DNA of 64,000 nucleotides, taken from Trichoplax adhaerens (Eukaryota > Animalia > Placozoa). Position 1 is the first letter of the stretch. Each line of letters starts with the position of its first letter. Below are positions 44,875-57,766 of the stretch, piece after piece. The position numbers and the translations under genes are program-made. The stretch spans positions 10,014,209 to 10,078,208 of the forward strand of contig NW_002060943.1 in assembly GCF_000150275.1 (NCBI RefSeq), written 5' to 3'. The notes below the pieces were generated by a model. The model had not been told where the DNA came from, made no database searches, and was given only the letters and a program-made list of their open reading frames with translations.

Positions 44875-45770
44875 TGTACAGTACAGTTAGAGTATTATCA
44901 ATATGTCTAGTAGAGTAGAGTACTGTACAGTACATAACGTGTCCCACGCCAGACCACCGCAATACTGTACCGTACCATAGCAGTATTTAAAGTGTTTCGG
45001 CCTGCTTTCGCAGAGTACTGTACTGTACAGTACAGTAATAAAAGTCTACAATGACGACCTCGTCGTACTGTATGATTAACCCGCTGTCTAAAAGCTGAGT
45101 CATTGACTCCGATGCAATACACTAGCATCTATAGAGAAATGCTTCAAAAACTTCAAGCATGGACTACGCAGTCCATGCTTTTGGTAAACAAAGACTTTGC
45201 CCCTTTTATACTGAGTCTACTCGGACTACAGCCGCAACACTAAACCTGTACCATTCTTTTTTCATACAAAATTTGTACAAATACAGTACAGTACGGTAGG
45301 TCGACACCGCCATACTGGGTCTCATTTTAGTAGACTATGGCACAGCACAGTATTTGTCAGTATCCTAGGTAAAAACACTAGATTAACGCCCTGTCGCTTC
45401 ACTGACAGATATCATATTTTATAATGTACTGTACTTCATGATTTCTGGTTTGGTTTAGTTTGATTTGAAATTTACAATGCTTGATTTAAAATCGTGAAAG
45501 GTTTCAAAACCTGATCAGGATACTTCGAATTACTGCCAATAATTAATTGCTCAATCAGGGAGGTTGTACAGGTACTGTACTGTACACTATTGTACACGGT
45601 ACAGTATAGTACGCGCAATGTAACGAGCGATGGTCTACTAGTATTTCTAGAAGTCCAGTGCACCTAGCTATCCATGGCCTACAGTAGTGTACACTATACT
45701 GTACAGTACAGTACAGTACGCACTTTGTGCGGTAGTTACTTACAGTACAGTATATTCGTAAATACTGTAC
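44875..45770. promoter_or_regulatory. Bidirectional promoter PSMA5/PFDN4 with TACTG/CAGTA sub-arrays
   Basis: Clusters at ~44875-45040, ~45280-45295 and ~45565-45770 between ATG 44724 (-) and ATG 45997 (+). Confidence 0.7.
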
Positions 45771-45996
45771 TGCTTCATATGGTGTCTGGCTGTCTGGTGT
45801 CTGGTCCGATTGATCGACATCAATCTATCAATCGCAGGAGCGCGTGATTGAACAAATTCAGGTTGAACAGTAGATTGTCCATATGAACAGTCTTTGTTAA
45901 ATGAATTTTTGGTGAAACGTTACAATTGCAAAGGCTGAGATTCACGAAATCCTACAACAAAACTGCGGCATTTACTCTGGTTGACAATAATTAACA

Positions 45997-47531
45997 ATGG
46001 CTACTGCTAGTTCTGTGATAAAAAATGGAGTTGTAAGTGCTGGGGTATTTTATGTTTTATTTAATTAAATAGAACATTGGTAATTTTACGTTTCAGACGC
46101 TATGCGACTACTCCTGCCGTACCAATGAAATGACCATATTCTAGCTGATGCGATTAGATTAATTATATAACTATCGTTCTTAGAAAATAGTTTGTAAAGT
46201 CAGCTTCGGAGGGTACTGCTATAGTGCTTCACGCGGTACCAATCCGAGAAGTGCTTATTGCATTATTTCTTTTTAATTAATTAATTATATTATATAGGAT
46301 AGGGGTGACTCTGTGATGAGCTATGAAGATCAAGAGAAAATCAATTTATTTGCATGTAGAAATGCTCAATTGACGGAATTGAAGCAGGAAGTTGAAGATA
46401 AAAAGGTTACAATTTGCACTTGTTGTATTGTATCATTTAATCAATAATCTTGCCTAGTTGCCTACTATAAATTGCACTGCTCGTAAATGGTATGGGTACG
46501 AATATGCTTTTCGTATATCACGGTCTAAAATAGTCCGTGCAGTTAAAGTAGTAAATAAATAAATTAATCATGGGCTAGGTGGAGTATAGTGTGCCAGAAT
46601 TATCAACAACTTTAGATACGCATATACTATATTTATGGTCAGTATTGTAGCCCTTACTTGTACAGCGTATGATTTAAAGAAAAGTACAAAGCAAAGTTTG
46701 TACTGCACACTAGGCATGACTAGTATACACAAACTTAAAAAGCCATTCTTAGACAAGTCATATGAAATTGTCTAAGCGTGACCTTCTTTAGTTTTGTGCA
46801 TCCTGATCCGGCCTAATGTCCAGTATGATGGTGCTTCTCACAGGTAAAGAAAAAGCTACTGTATCTTGGACTGCTAGAAACTTTACCTGCCTGTATATGA
46901 AAATCAATATTTTAAACTTTAGATTGGGGAGTGGGATTAAGAAACAACCTTTTAAATACCCTTTAGCGTAAAGGATCTCACTGTCGTCTATTAACATGTC
47001 CGGATAATTTAACTAAACAAAGCCAGATATAAAAGTCTGTCGTGCACTACTGTATTTATAATATTTAATCTGACATTTATATTGTAATGGAGACCTTGAT
47101 GCTAAGGAAATTACTTTCCAAATAATTTATTAGAAAGAGCTGCAAAGTATTGAAGATGCTAGTGATGAATTGATGCTTTCCGAAGAAGACGACTCGCAAC
47201 CTGTGCTATATCTTACCTAATGCGATTATTAAATAAGGAATTTTGTTTAATTTGTTACATTCTTCAAGTATCATTTCGTTCAAATAGCATACCTTCATGT
47301 ATTTTGCCTTTTCGAATGCCCTTAACATTATTTAAATATAAATTTGGTGAAGTATTCGTATCATTACAAAGCAACGAAGCTCAAGAATTTCTAGAAGAAA
47401 TGAAATCGAAAATCGGCGATAATATCAAAAATTTAACCGAAAAAATGGATCAGGCTAAGAAATCTATGGAAGCCTTAAAAGTAGCACTGTATGCAAAATT
47501 CGGAAATAATATTAACCTTGAATCGGAATAA
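45997..47531 (+). CDS. PFDN4: Prefoldin subunit 4 (exons 45997-46032, 46298-46405, 47134-47207, 47336-47531)
   Basis: YEDQEKINLFACRNAQLTELKQEVEDKK-KELQSIEDASDELML…PVL-YKFGEVF…LKVALYAKFGNNINLESE*. Confidence 0.95.
47208..47335 (+). other. Candidate U12-type intron with AT-AA termini in PFDN4
   Basis: 5' ATATCTTACC; branch site CCCTTAAC ending 9 nt before the 3' end …ATTATTTAA. Restores V-L-Y-K-F-G-E-V-F. No plausible in-frame GT-AG alternative. Confidence 0.8.
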
Positions 47532-48701
47532 GAAAGATCTCCGGTGTCTGCAGGAATTTGACTTTGCTAATGGTATGCGACGGTTTGCAAATACTTATTC
47601 CTATCTGCGTCGAGACTGAAGATATGAAATTTAACATTCTTGGAAGCACTGTCACTTATGCAAGATCAATGCTAATCTACAGTTGTCGTAATGTTAATAG
47701 CTCTCTACCTTGGTGTCTTTGCAGTTAATAATATATAATTTATGGCATTATCGTAAGGTTGACAATCGATTACAGCATTTCAGTTCTTTTTGAATCATGT
47801 TTTAGTAACATAACTGATAATTTTGTAAATTGTATAGCTAACCAGAAATGTAAGTAGTTAACTGTATTGAAAGTTGATTATAATCATCTAAAATGAATAA
47901 TATTCTTTAATCACTATCAGCAATTTATTGACGACGTCGTCATGATGGAGTTTTATTATTCCTTGCTATAGCTGCAATTCGATAGAATCAGTTGATAAAG
48001 CACGAATTTTATATTACAATGATGTACGCTACTAAGTCATGGATTTACTTAACTGTAAAATAATTTCTACAATTGATAATCGTAATAAAGAAATACATTA
48101 CCTGTCACATACTGTTTTCAAATTTTAAACTAGAAGTACAGCTATTTATATTGTGAAACAGAACTCTGTAATGCAAGACTATGCAGGTTCTGTATCCTTT
48201 TACGCGCGAGGTGGACTTCCCTCAATATCGTGTAGTGACGTTCGTAGTAATTCTAAGCCCTAACATAACTTGATATTCACAATGGATTAGCGTTGGTGAC
48301 TATATCTAACACAGCCGTTTAAGCTGGTTAGTAGTGATCGAGTGATGTAAGTTATTTTTACAGCTACAAGTAACATAGCGGCAATATAACGCCAAAGATC
48401 TAGTAAATTCTTGAATCGAATACTTTTCAAAGAGTAAGGTACACACGCGAACATACACCAGACGTAACACGATACAAAAATTAAAAAAATAAATTATTGA
48501 ATGAAGATAAAGCATCATCTTAGCAAAGATGTATTTAGGTTTGAATTTTAAAATACTTTTCATAAATTTGCTTTTATAAGTAATATACGCGTATAAATAA
48601 ATAAAAAAATATACATGGGAAATTGTATAATGTATCCAATCGATACTACACTTTAGACGAATTCTAATCGTGACTAATACAGTATCGTCATAGTATAAAT
48701 G

Positions 48702-51700
48702 TTATCTACTAGTAATTTTTAAACATTTTTGTAAAGTTACTTCTGGAAATAAATAATTTCTCATAATTATTTCGAGTTCTTCAAGTGCAAGCTGCGAATG
48801 GAGTTTGACGACTTCATCTGGATCCGTACTGTATAAATGCTTCAAAAGACGATATAGCTCTTTCAATCCAGTAGGCGTTAACTGAAAATAATTTTTAAAA
48901 AATTTCTTGTTTTATCTTATTGTCATTTACTTATTTAATATATTAGTTTCAAATCACCTCTATGATATCACTTTGTAAACCCTTCAATAAAGAACGAATA
49001 ACATTGACAGCACCCCTTCGAACTTCATTAATTTTATCGAATTTCGCCAAACTGCTAATGCAGCTTGTAACCTATAATATTAATTAGAGTTCATAAAATT
49101 AAGGTCAACATGATCTAACAGTAGATCAGTATACGAATTTCGGAGAGCCACGATTATTAATTATATACATCAATGTTACCTCGTGCAATAATGGATTAAT
49201 CGAATGACGGAGCAACATGCACAGTTCAGCTAGCTGAGATAAGCTGCTACAACGAATGTCACTGTCTTTGTCATTCACACCCGTAAGTACAGCTGGTATT
49301 ATATGGTGGGCATACCGAGGTAATAGTTCTCCAGTGTGTTTTATTGCTAATTGGAGAGATTCTCCAAGCTTCATTCGAAATTCATATTTAGCTGAAGGAT
49401 TACCTATAGCAAGACATACACCAGTATAAGAAAGTGATAACATCATGTGAAATGGAAGAATTATTTAGTACCATCTTCAGAATTTTCGCTGGCGTTGATA
49501 AACTCCTTACAAAGACGGGGTAATACCAGATCCGGTTCTATATCTGTTAACGCTACGAGGGCATTAATTGCAGCAAGATACACGTAGCTATCCGAATCTT
49601 CTAAATTAGTTCGAATAATTGTTTCTATCTGCGTTATATTCTCAGTAACTTCAGGATCTTTCTTCGTTATTAATTTAGCTAGATGTACTAATCCAGCTCC
49701 TCTTATTGGTATTAAAGGATCCTCTAGCTCAGCCATTATTGACTTAAAATTACTACGCTCCTGTTCTCTATTACTTTCTTCATCATTTTCAGATTCTCTG
49801 GTGTTTTTATCAGTAGCGTGAGAACAATAAACTTTACTGTGATCAGGATCACAACTGTGGTTCAAATCTAGCGGTGGATCAGCTTCTCCTTTTTGAAGTT
49901 CTGACCAAGAGCGAAATTCACTTCTAGTAGCTAAGCATATTCGCAGATTGTTCGCCGTTTGTGATATGTAACTGCTGGTTAACAATCGTGTTAGTTGCTC
50001 TAGTGAAGGCAGTAGCCGCTGTAATCTTTCCCAATCATTTTCTGATATCTATATAATTTAAACGTTTACAGTTTTATGACTGAAAGACATATTCAGAAAT
50101 GTAATTTTTAGTTTGTAATATAATTACCATTTTCTTATCACCAATAATTATGGACAATAATAGCATAGATATATTAATTGTTTCTTCAAATAGACGGGAC
50201 CCATTAGACGAATAATCTTCTTTTCTTTCATCTTCTAAACCATTTGTAGCTCTTTCAACGGTCGACATTACAAAATCCAATATTTGATCTTTATTTTTGA
50301 GCAAAGTTGAAGTATCCACGGTACCACAAATTGCACCGAGCAAGTATAAGGTTGCCGCTTTAAATCTCAAAAATCTATTAAAGTTTACGTCAACGCTAAT
50401 ATCTGATTCTAACTTAACTGATTCAGTACAACTTTGGAGTCTATTTGTGATGTATAGTAAATTAGATAATAATTTCACTATTAGATCCCCTATGATATCA
50501 TTTCTTTTTAAAATTGTAAGAAGTTCTAAGAAGCAAAACATTTGCTGGCGATAGTTTATAGCAGAATCCACAAATTCATCTTCAGTAAGGTTCTCGTTAA
50601 CTTTAGCAACCTTAACTTGGATGCCTCCTTCCGTCCCTAATGCAAATTGTATCCTATCACTTATAGAATAGTCTCCAGAATTGGGTTCGTTAATTGCTGC
50701 TTCACCATATGCAATTCTCACTATGTAGCTTAATAGTTCACGGGTTTCAATTTCATTTAAAATGGTTACAAAGATTTCGGAAAGTATGGGCCTATCGCAA
50801 ATGAAAGCTTGATAAATTTAAAGATTTACACGATTGTATAAAGATAAATTGGCTTTGATATTTCTTTACTATAAAAATAAAGGCAATACAAGAACTTTTC
50901 TTACGATAGATGAGATATTGTATTTTTCGAAAAGGAATAGCATATAAATAACGGATGAATAATCGGAAATAGATGCTTCGATAAAAAGGGAATGTCATTC
51001 GAGTTCAGCAATACCTGATAGATTTTAGTAAGTAGAAAAGCATGCCTCATTTATTGCGTATCAGTGTTTTACTGAATGGACTCATCTTACCTTATGGATA
51101 TCTACAACAGATGTGGTAATTGATTTTTCAGAAAAAATAGTTGGAATGTCCTCCGAAGAATGTTGTTCTAAACAGACGACAAAATTTAATTAGATATTAC
51201 GTTATAGTAGTAACTTGCCTAGTCTACCGCAATATATGAATTCAAAAAATTTATTAAACTACCATATTTGCGGAGACATAATATAAATGGTCTCAAAATG
51301 GGTTGAAAGAAGTATTTTTTCGTCAATTTAGGATACTTTTGTGATATTAAAATAATGCTTTGTAACGATATCCGGAGGTATAAAATTGGAATATTAGTTT
51401 TTTTATAATGTAACATTTGCCGAATCTACAAAATGTTAAAACAACGTTATAATGATATTAAACCTTGGCTAGGACTAACAGCCTATTGGTTAACTCTAGA
51501 ACCGTAAACGATCTTTTCTTACCTGAGTACAGATATTCCTGCAATATTCATCTGCTGACTTTACTTGCATCGGACATGTGGAAATTAATTTTGTCAAAGC
51601 TTCATAACGTCTCCAATCGTGAGGATTACCTTGATTTGCTACGATACTTCCATCCACTGTAACTTGAAGTATGCTAATTATACCATTGCTTTTCAACATG

Positions 51701-53022
51701 ATATCTGATAGCAGATGCCCACAAATTGCTTTAAGCCACGCTGGTGTTAGTCTTTGCTTTACTATGTTAGTAACTAAGTCGAATAAAAAAACTCTTTTAA
51801 ACCATCTTTATTTTAGTTTATGGTAAACAATACCCTAAAACTACTCCTATGAGAGAAGTTTATGATTGATAGTAATAATTCACTGTACTGTATACAGTTT
51901 ACTATGTTCAACTACAATTGAACTACGTCTGTTGACATAGAAAGATAGAATGTATAGTATAATGTTAACTAGCATTCACTGTTCACATCGAATCAATGCC
52001 CTTTCTGGAATACCTTTCCGTGTTTCAGAAGTCTCTTTGGTGCTTCTTGAGGGATTTTGTAGTGTAAATAACATCTGGACTACCATAGGGCGATAGGTGG
52101 AGTTCAGGATTTGACTTAAAAGTCCAGCACAGCTATTTCTCTCTTTGGTAGAAAGAGAAAAATTTTTTCGACTTGCTTCAGAATCAGAAATATCAATCAG
52201 ATCATAATTTGATATCTGTTGTAAGTCATTGCTTTCATTGTCTTCATCATGATGTAAATAGATATCCTTTACTTGAAGCTTAGAATAACCCAATTGACAT
52301 AAAGCTGATACAATATCTATTAGATGTCGTGATATCAAAACAACTTTCAGTGATTTCTGATTTAGACAAGAGAATAGAACTTGAGTTGCTAGATACAAGC
52401 GACGTTCATAAAATTGATGATTATTGAAATCAGTGTTCTGAATTATCTCTTCAAGAATATTACTGAAAACAGAGCGCATGTACAATGGTAAGCCAACCCC
52501 TGACTCAAGATATGGATAAATACCGAGACATGTAATAATTTGAGTTAAGGTTTGGATTACTTTTTGTTCTTTAACGCTCAAAATATCTGAAGGTGAAACC
52601 GGAGTTTCAATCGATGGTTTTGCATGGACACTTGCTTGCCTTAATTTTGTGCTATCGGCTTTGATTTTGCAATTGCTGTCAGCATTGCAGTCGTTAGTAT
52701 AAGCTTTGTTAAGTTCATCCTTTAAAGTCTGTAATAAGTATAGTGCATGTAGTACGTAGTACCAGATAATGTCTGAATGCGATCGTAAATGATCTTGGCC
52801 TAGTTTAAATTTTTCTCTGATCTTGACTGTATCATTCAAGCGACTATGCTCATTTAGCTCTCTATGTAAATTTTGTATTAAAATATTTATCTTGCAGGTA
52901 AAAACTTCTAATATTCCACCAGTTACATTTTTTAAAGATTCATTAGATACTTTTGACATATCCGTGTAAGCTTCCATCAAGGATACAATTTCAGAAATAC
53001 TAGAGCTCTTATTGACAGCCAT
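48702..53022 (-). CDS. TANGO6: Transport and Golgi organization protein 6 homolog (TMCO7/RTP1 family), 10 exons
   Basis: LGIYPYLESGVGLPL; PAWLKAICGHLLS; LEDPLIPIRGAGL…LEDSDSYVYLAAINAL; RMKLGESL; DEVVKLHSQLALEELEIIMRNYLFP. Confidence 0.92.
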
Positions 53023-53189
53023 TTGAAATTTTCAGATATGATTACGCTTTCTAGTCAAACGAAATGCTATTTCGACTCCAATTTTATGTCTACATAACAC
53101 ATTCAATGCAAATTTCGGTCTAGCTCATCATAATCGTAATTAGCTGTCACAATCACCATAACTGTAGTTCGGCCGGACTGGAGTCCGAC

Positions 53190-53995
53190 TGTGTACAGTA
53201 CTCACTGTGCAATGTTATACTGTACAGTACTGTAGAATGTCAAACTGCTGAGTACAGTACTGTACAGTACATTGTACTGTACTACAAAAATTACTGTACT
53301 GTACTGTACAGTACTGTAAGTGCTCTGATTAGTTACATTATACTGTACTGTACTGTACAGTATTACAACATACTGTACTGTAGTGTATGCCAATTGTTGC
53401 TGAGGTGATTTAGATAACGCACCACCCAATTCTGTACTACTGTACCGAGTACAGAATCATACAGAGTGCTCCCAAGAATACTCGCGAATTTTTGCCCGTA
53501 AAATATAGAATTTATTTTAGAGTAAAATTAGCGAGTAGTCTGCTTCATTAATTAATTAATAGGGATTCACTAAGCAATTTATGACTTCTACAGTAACTCG
53601 CAGTGCTAAACGCCAGCAGAAATAAGTTACAAGTAAAACTAGTACAAAATGTAGTACTGTACGTACAGTAAAATACTGTGCAGTACTGTACAGTACACTA
53701 TGGCAGTACAGAAGCAGCGGAGTAAATAAATAATAATAAGATATCACAGTAGAGTGGGTGAGCGAGTGATACAGTACAGTAGACCTCATACAGTACAGTA
53801 TTGTAACATGCTATGATTACACTGTACACTGTAGCGCTTGTACATTGTACAGTACTGTACTGCGCTACACGTGTTGCTCGTCTAGTACAGTACTAGTGAT
53901 AACAGTGTACAGTACAGTACAGTACAGTATTCTACTGTACACTACTGTATACCTTTACACTCTGTGTACATTGTACTGTACTGTACAGTACTGTA
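53190..53995. promoter_or_regulatory. Bidirectional promoter TANGO6/RPL13 with extensive TACTG/CAGTA arrays
   Basis: About 800 bp of pentamer-rich sequence between ATG 53022 (-) and the RPL13 5' region. Confidence 0.75.
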
Positions 53996-54564
53996 ATTGT
54001 AATTATTACCCGGCATACACTGCTCCAGCCTTCAGCAATCACTTCATCTGCGGTAGGTAACTGAATAATTCTTTCTTCTAAGAAATCGTGGATGAGGTAA
54101 GAAACATAACGAAATGATGAACGCTATCGTGATTTAATCGTGCGAATAGGCAGCCATCCTAGTTTTAATATTTGATTATTTTAATTTAATGCAGTAGTAG
54201 TGCCTGTATACGTTCTCTTTAGTTAATAAATCCTTAGGAAAACCATTATTTCATGCCTTATCAAATTGTCCATATTACAGTACAAGGAATAGCTAGAAAC
54301 ATTTTATTGTATATGTTATACTGTATGTATTCGTAAGTACAATGTGTTCGAATGATTACTCTACATCGGTTATGGATACAATTACTTTTGTAGTTAACTC
54401 CGATTAATTCGTGACTGAATAAAATCATGTTATCTGGTTCTTCGCTTATATACAGACTATAAGTTCCCTTTTGAGTGATCCATGACTTAACAAACTAATT
54501 TTTACACTGTACTTTCTAAGGCTTGTTCAGCTAAAATTGTATACGGTATTACAAATTAGGCAAA

Positions 54565-55675
54565 ATGGGTCACTATCGAAATAAAATCATCGGGAATGCT
54601 CATTTTCGCAAGGACTGGCAAAGACGTGTTCGCTGTTGGTTTGACCAAGCTGGTCGCAAAAATCGTAGACGACTAGCCCGTCAAAAAAAGGCTGCAAAAA
54701 TCGCCCCAAGGCCTGTAGAAGGCTCTCTACGCCCCGTAGTCCGTTGTCCAACTTTTAAATATAATACTACAGTGCGGGCTGGACGAGGATTTACTCTTGA
54801 AGAATTAAAGGTACGGATCTATACCGTACACTTGTCATCCAATATTATAACCTTAGGAATATTTTGATAGTTAATGTGCAGTATGTAAACATAGAAGACG
54901 TGTACAAGTTGTCCTATATTCAGCGAATATCAGCTACTATGTGTATAAAATTCAATAATTTTCAACACAATCTCTATACTCGTACCTCCATAGATAAGGA
55001 TGTTTCTGCAGTAAGGTTTTACCAGTATTTGCACCGGTGTCTATAAATGTAATCACTATTCATGCGTATTTCGTCTTAATAATTATAATGATTACAATTC
55101 ACTTGACACAGTTATCAAGTTAATTACAGTGATTTCATTTGAAGTCTGATTTTTGATTTAGAAATTGTTCTATAGTAGCTAATGTTGTACGTTATACTTT
55201 TGTGAAGACTGCTGGTATACACCCAAAGGTTGCCATGACCCTCGGTATCGCTGTCGATTATCGACGCCGAAACCGTTCATCGGAATCTTTGCAAGCAAAT
55301 GTACAGAGACTGAAGGAATACACTTCGAAATTGATTATATTTCCTAAGAAAGCTAGTAAACCTAAAAAAGGAGATAGCGAGGTAATTATATGTAATTATT
55401 TTGACCGATTTGGTAATTTATCTGATAAGGTTATTAATTTGATTCTTCCATTCTCTCAGGCTGCTGAGCTATCTCTTGCTACACAGTTAACTGGCCCGGT
55501 CATGCCGGTCCAGCAAACGAAGCCTGTTAGTAAAGCTCGTGCTATTACAGAGGAAGAGAAAAAAATTAGTGTCTTTAGAGCAATGAGAGTCGCCCGTGCT
55601 AATGCAAGATTAGTTGGTATCAGACAAAAGAGACGTAAAGAGAAGGCAGAGGCAGAGTTGAAACTAAAAAAATAA
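54565..55675 (+). CDS. RPL13: 60S ribosomal protein L13 (eL13); coding exons 54565-54810, 55208-55381, 55460-55675
   Basis: [20 protein letters not shown]; [28 protein letters not shown]; [26 protein letters not shown]. Confidence 0.98.
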
Positions 55676-57766
55676 CGTGACGATTTCATCATGATTTCTG
55701 TTTAGTTGTGATTATATACCTCTGTAAAAGGAGGGAGGAATTCCCATCTGACTCGTATTACGATTAAATAAAATAAATTTATCATACGGCTTATCTAACG
55801 TTTTATACGTATATTGTTTCAACTCTTGATGTTACTGCGGATAGATGTAAATTAACCTTATATCATGTAATAGGCAATTTACCATCACTAGGTAGACTAA
55901 TGCGTAGAAGTTCCTACTTTATGAACTGGTGTCTAAAAAATTTTGTTGTACAGTAATACACTGCTATGTATGCGTAATATATACTTTTTATATATTTGCA
56001 AAATGTGATATAGTAACTACAGTCCAACGCATCGAATTGCACTCTCCCATTTTACTTAGTGCTAAATATACCCAGAAAGTCTATACCTCTATAATAACTA
56101 CCTCAATGTTGCACATACAGCATTAGACAGGGACTTTCTCGATTTTTTTACCTGGGTGAAAAATTGGAGAAGTCCTTGGCAGTATACCGCTGGTACGGTA
56201 TCCTGAAACATTTAGATCATTTTTCAGCTAGCGGGCTTCAGTGCTGCAATTCCTGCAGACCTTTCTAACTACTGTAGCATCGTAACCATGCAACTTGACT
56301 TATTCGTATACTCACTATACGAACTGTCACTAAGAATTAGGTTCGGCCTTAAACATATGAATTAAATCAAATACTGTATTAAAAATAATATATGTATGCG
56401 TATATATTATATACTGTGCTTACGTTAAAACTTACTTGAGTTATAAACTATACGAATATTAGTCTCATAAATTTACATAACGGCCAAGAGTTCAAGATAA
56501 ATTGCAATAATAACAAATAGAAGTGAAAACAACAGAAAAGGCTATAACATAATTAAAAAGCATTGCTATTTAATATCATTCTTTTTAGCTAGCGAAGACT
56601 CTATATCACTAGTATATCTAAAAAGATCCATAATTTTAAATTTTGATATTGCATAATCGGAATCCGGGCTTTAGCCGTAACATACATGAATATTTCTTAT
56701 CCACACTATAAGATTGATCTTAAAATAAATTTATAGATGGAATTGTTATAAAACGTTGCTGTTATACATACATTTAATATTCGGAAAACTTATCACAGCG
56801 CAATTAAAAGCTGCCCTTATTCAGTCGCAAATAAAATTTATAACATAAAATAACTTGTTATTTAGTGATGCTAACGAGTGAAATACGCGTCTTAATTAAT
56901 TTGATTAATAAAAATTTATCTGTCACTGAAAACCGGATTAAATAACTCTAGGGCTACTGCAGTGTTATATTGTAGTAAAATTTAAGGCTTTGTAATCGAT
57001 AGCTGCATATTAATTAGCGTATGTAAGTTAGTTCTTATCCGTAGTTAAATTATGCTATCAGGTCGAAGAAATATCTAGGTACATACATATAACCGTAAAT
57101 AATGGCCAAAACTGTGACAACATAATCGTTATATCGTATGCTTCAGATTTATCCTTAAATGTCTAAGTGAAAAAGACTATACATTGTACAGGTATGATTA
57201 CCGCGAATCTTACACCAATGTATACGTTGTTGAAATTATAAGTATAAAGATGTGGTTGGCCAATACGAGCATGAAGAATAGATTAATCTGACCTATTTTA
57301 AAAGACCGTACCACTCTCTGAAATATCATTGCACACACGCTAGTGCTAGCAGCTGTTACGCGTTCGTGCAATATACCGTCAGTCAGTTAATCGTGTTATA
57401 AACGTATTAAAATAAAATGTACAGAATCAAAAAATTGTGTTCAAGAAAAACTTTTAGTAGCATAGGAGTATTCAAATTATTCAACCCAAAAGTATAATAT
57501 ATTCTGACTTTCGCTACTGATTTTAGAAATTTTACTCGTAGTTGATAAAATTTTCTACTTCTGTTGTAATGAGCAAATTGCAATAACGTATTGCGTTGAC
57601 AATACGCATAAAATAATAATATATTAATTATGATTGAATGTGTACGCAAATTTATAAAATTCAAGTTAAGGATTTTCATACAACGGAGGGCAGATCGTAA
57701 TTTTTTTAATAAAATAAGTAAGCATTGCAAGTCTTCATTAGGCTTCAAGTGGATTCAATATACTCT

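Noticed and set aside
54060-54100. 5'TOP/TCT-like pyrimidine tract CTTTCTTCT and non-coding first exon of RPL13
   Set aside because: Plausible, but there are competing donors (~54053, ~54057, 54097) and an out-of-frame ATG, so the TSS cannot be fixed from sequence.
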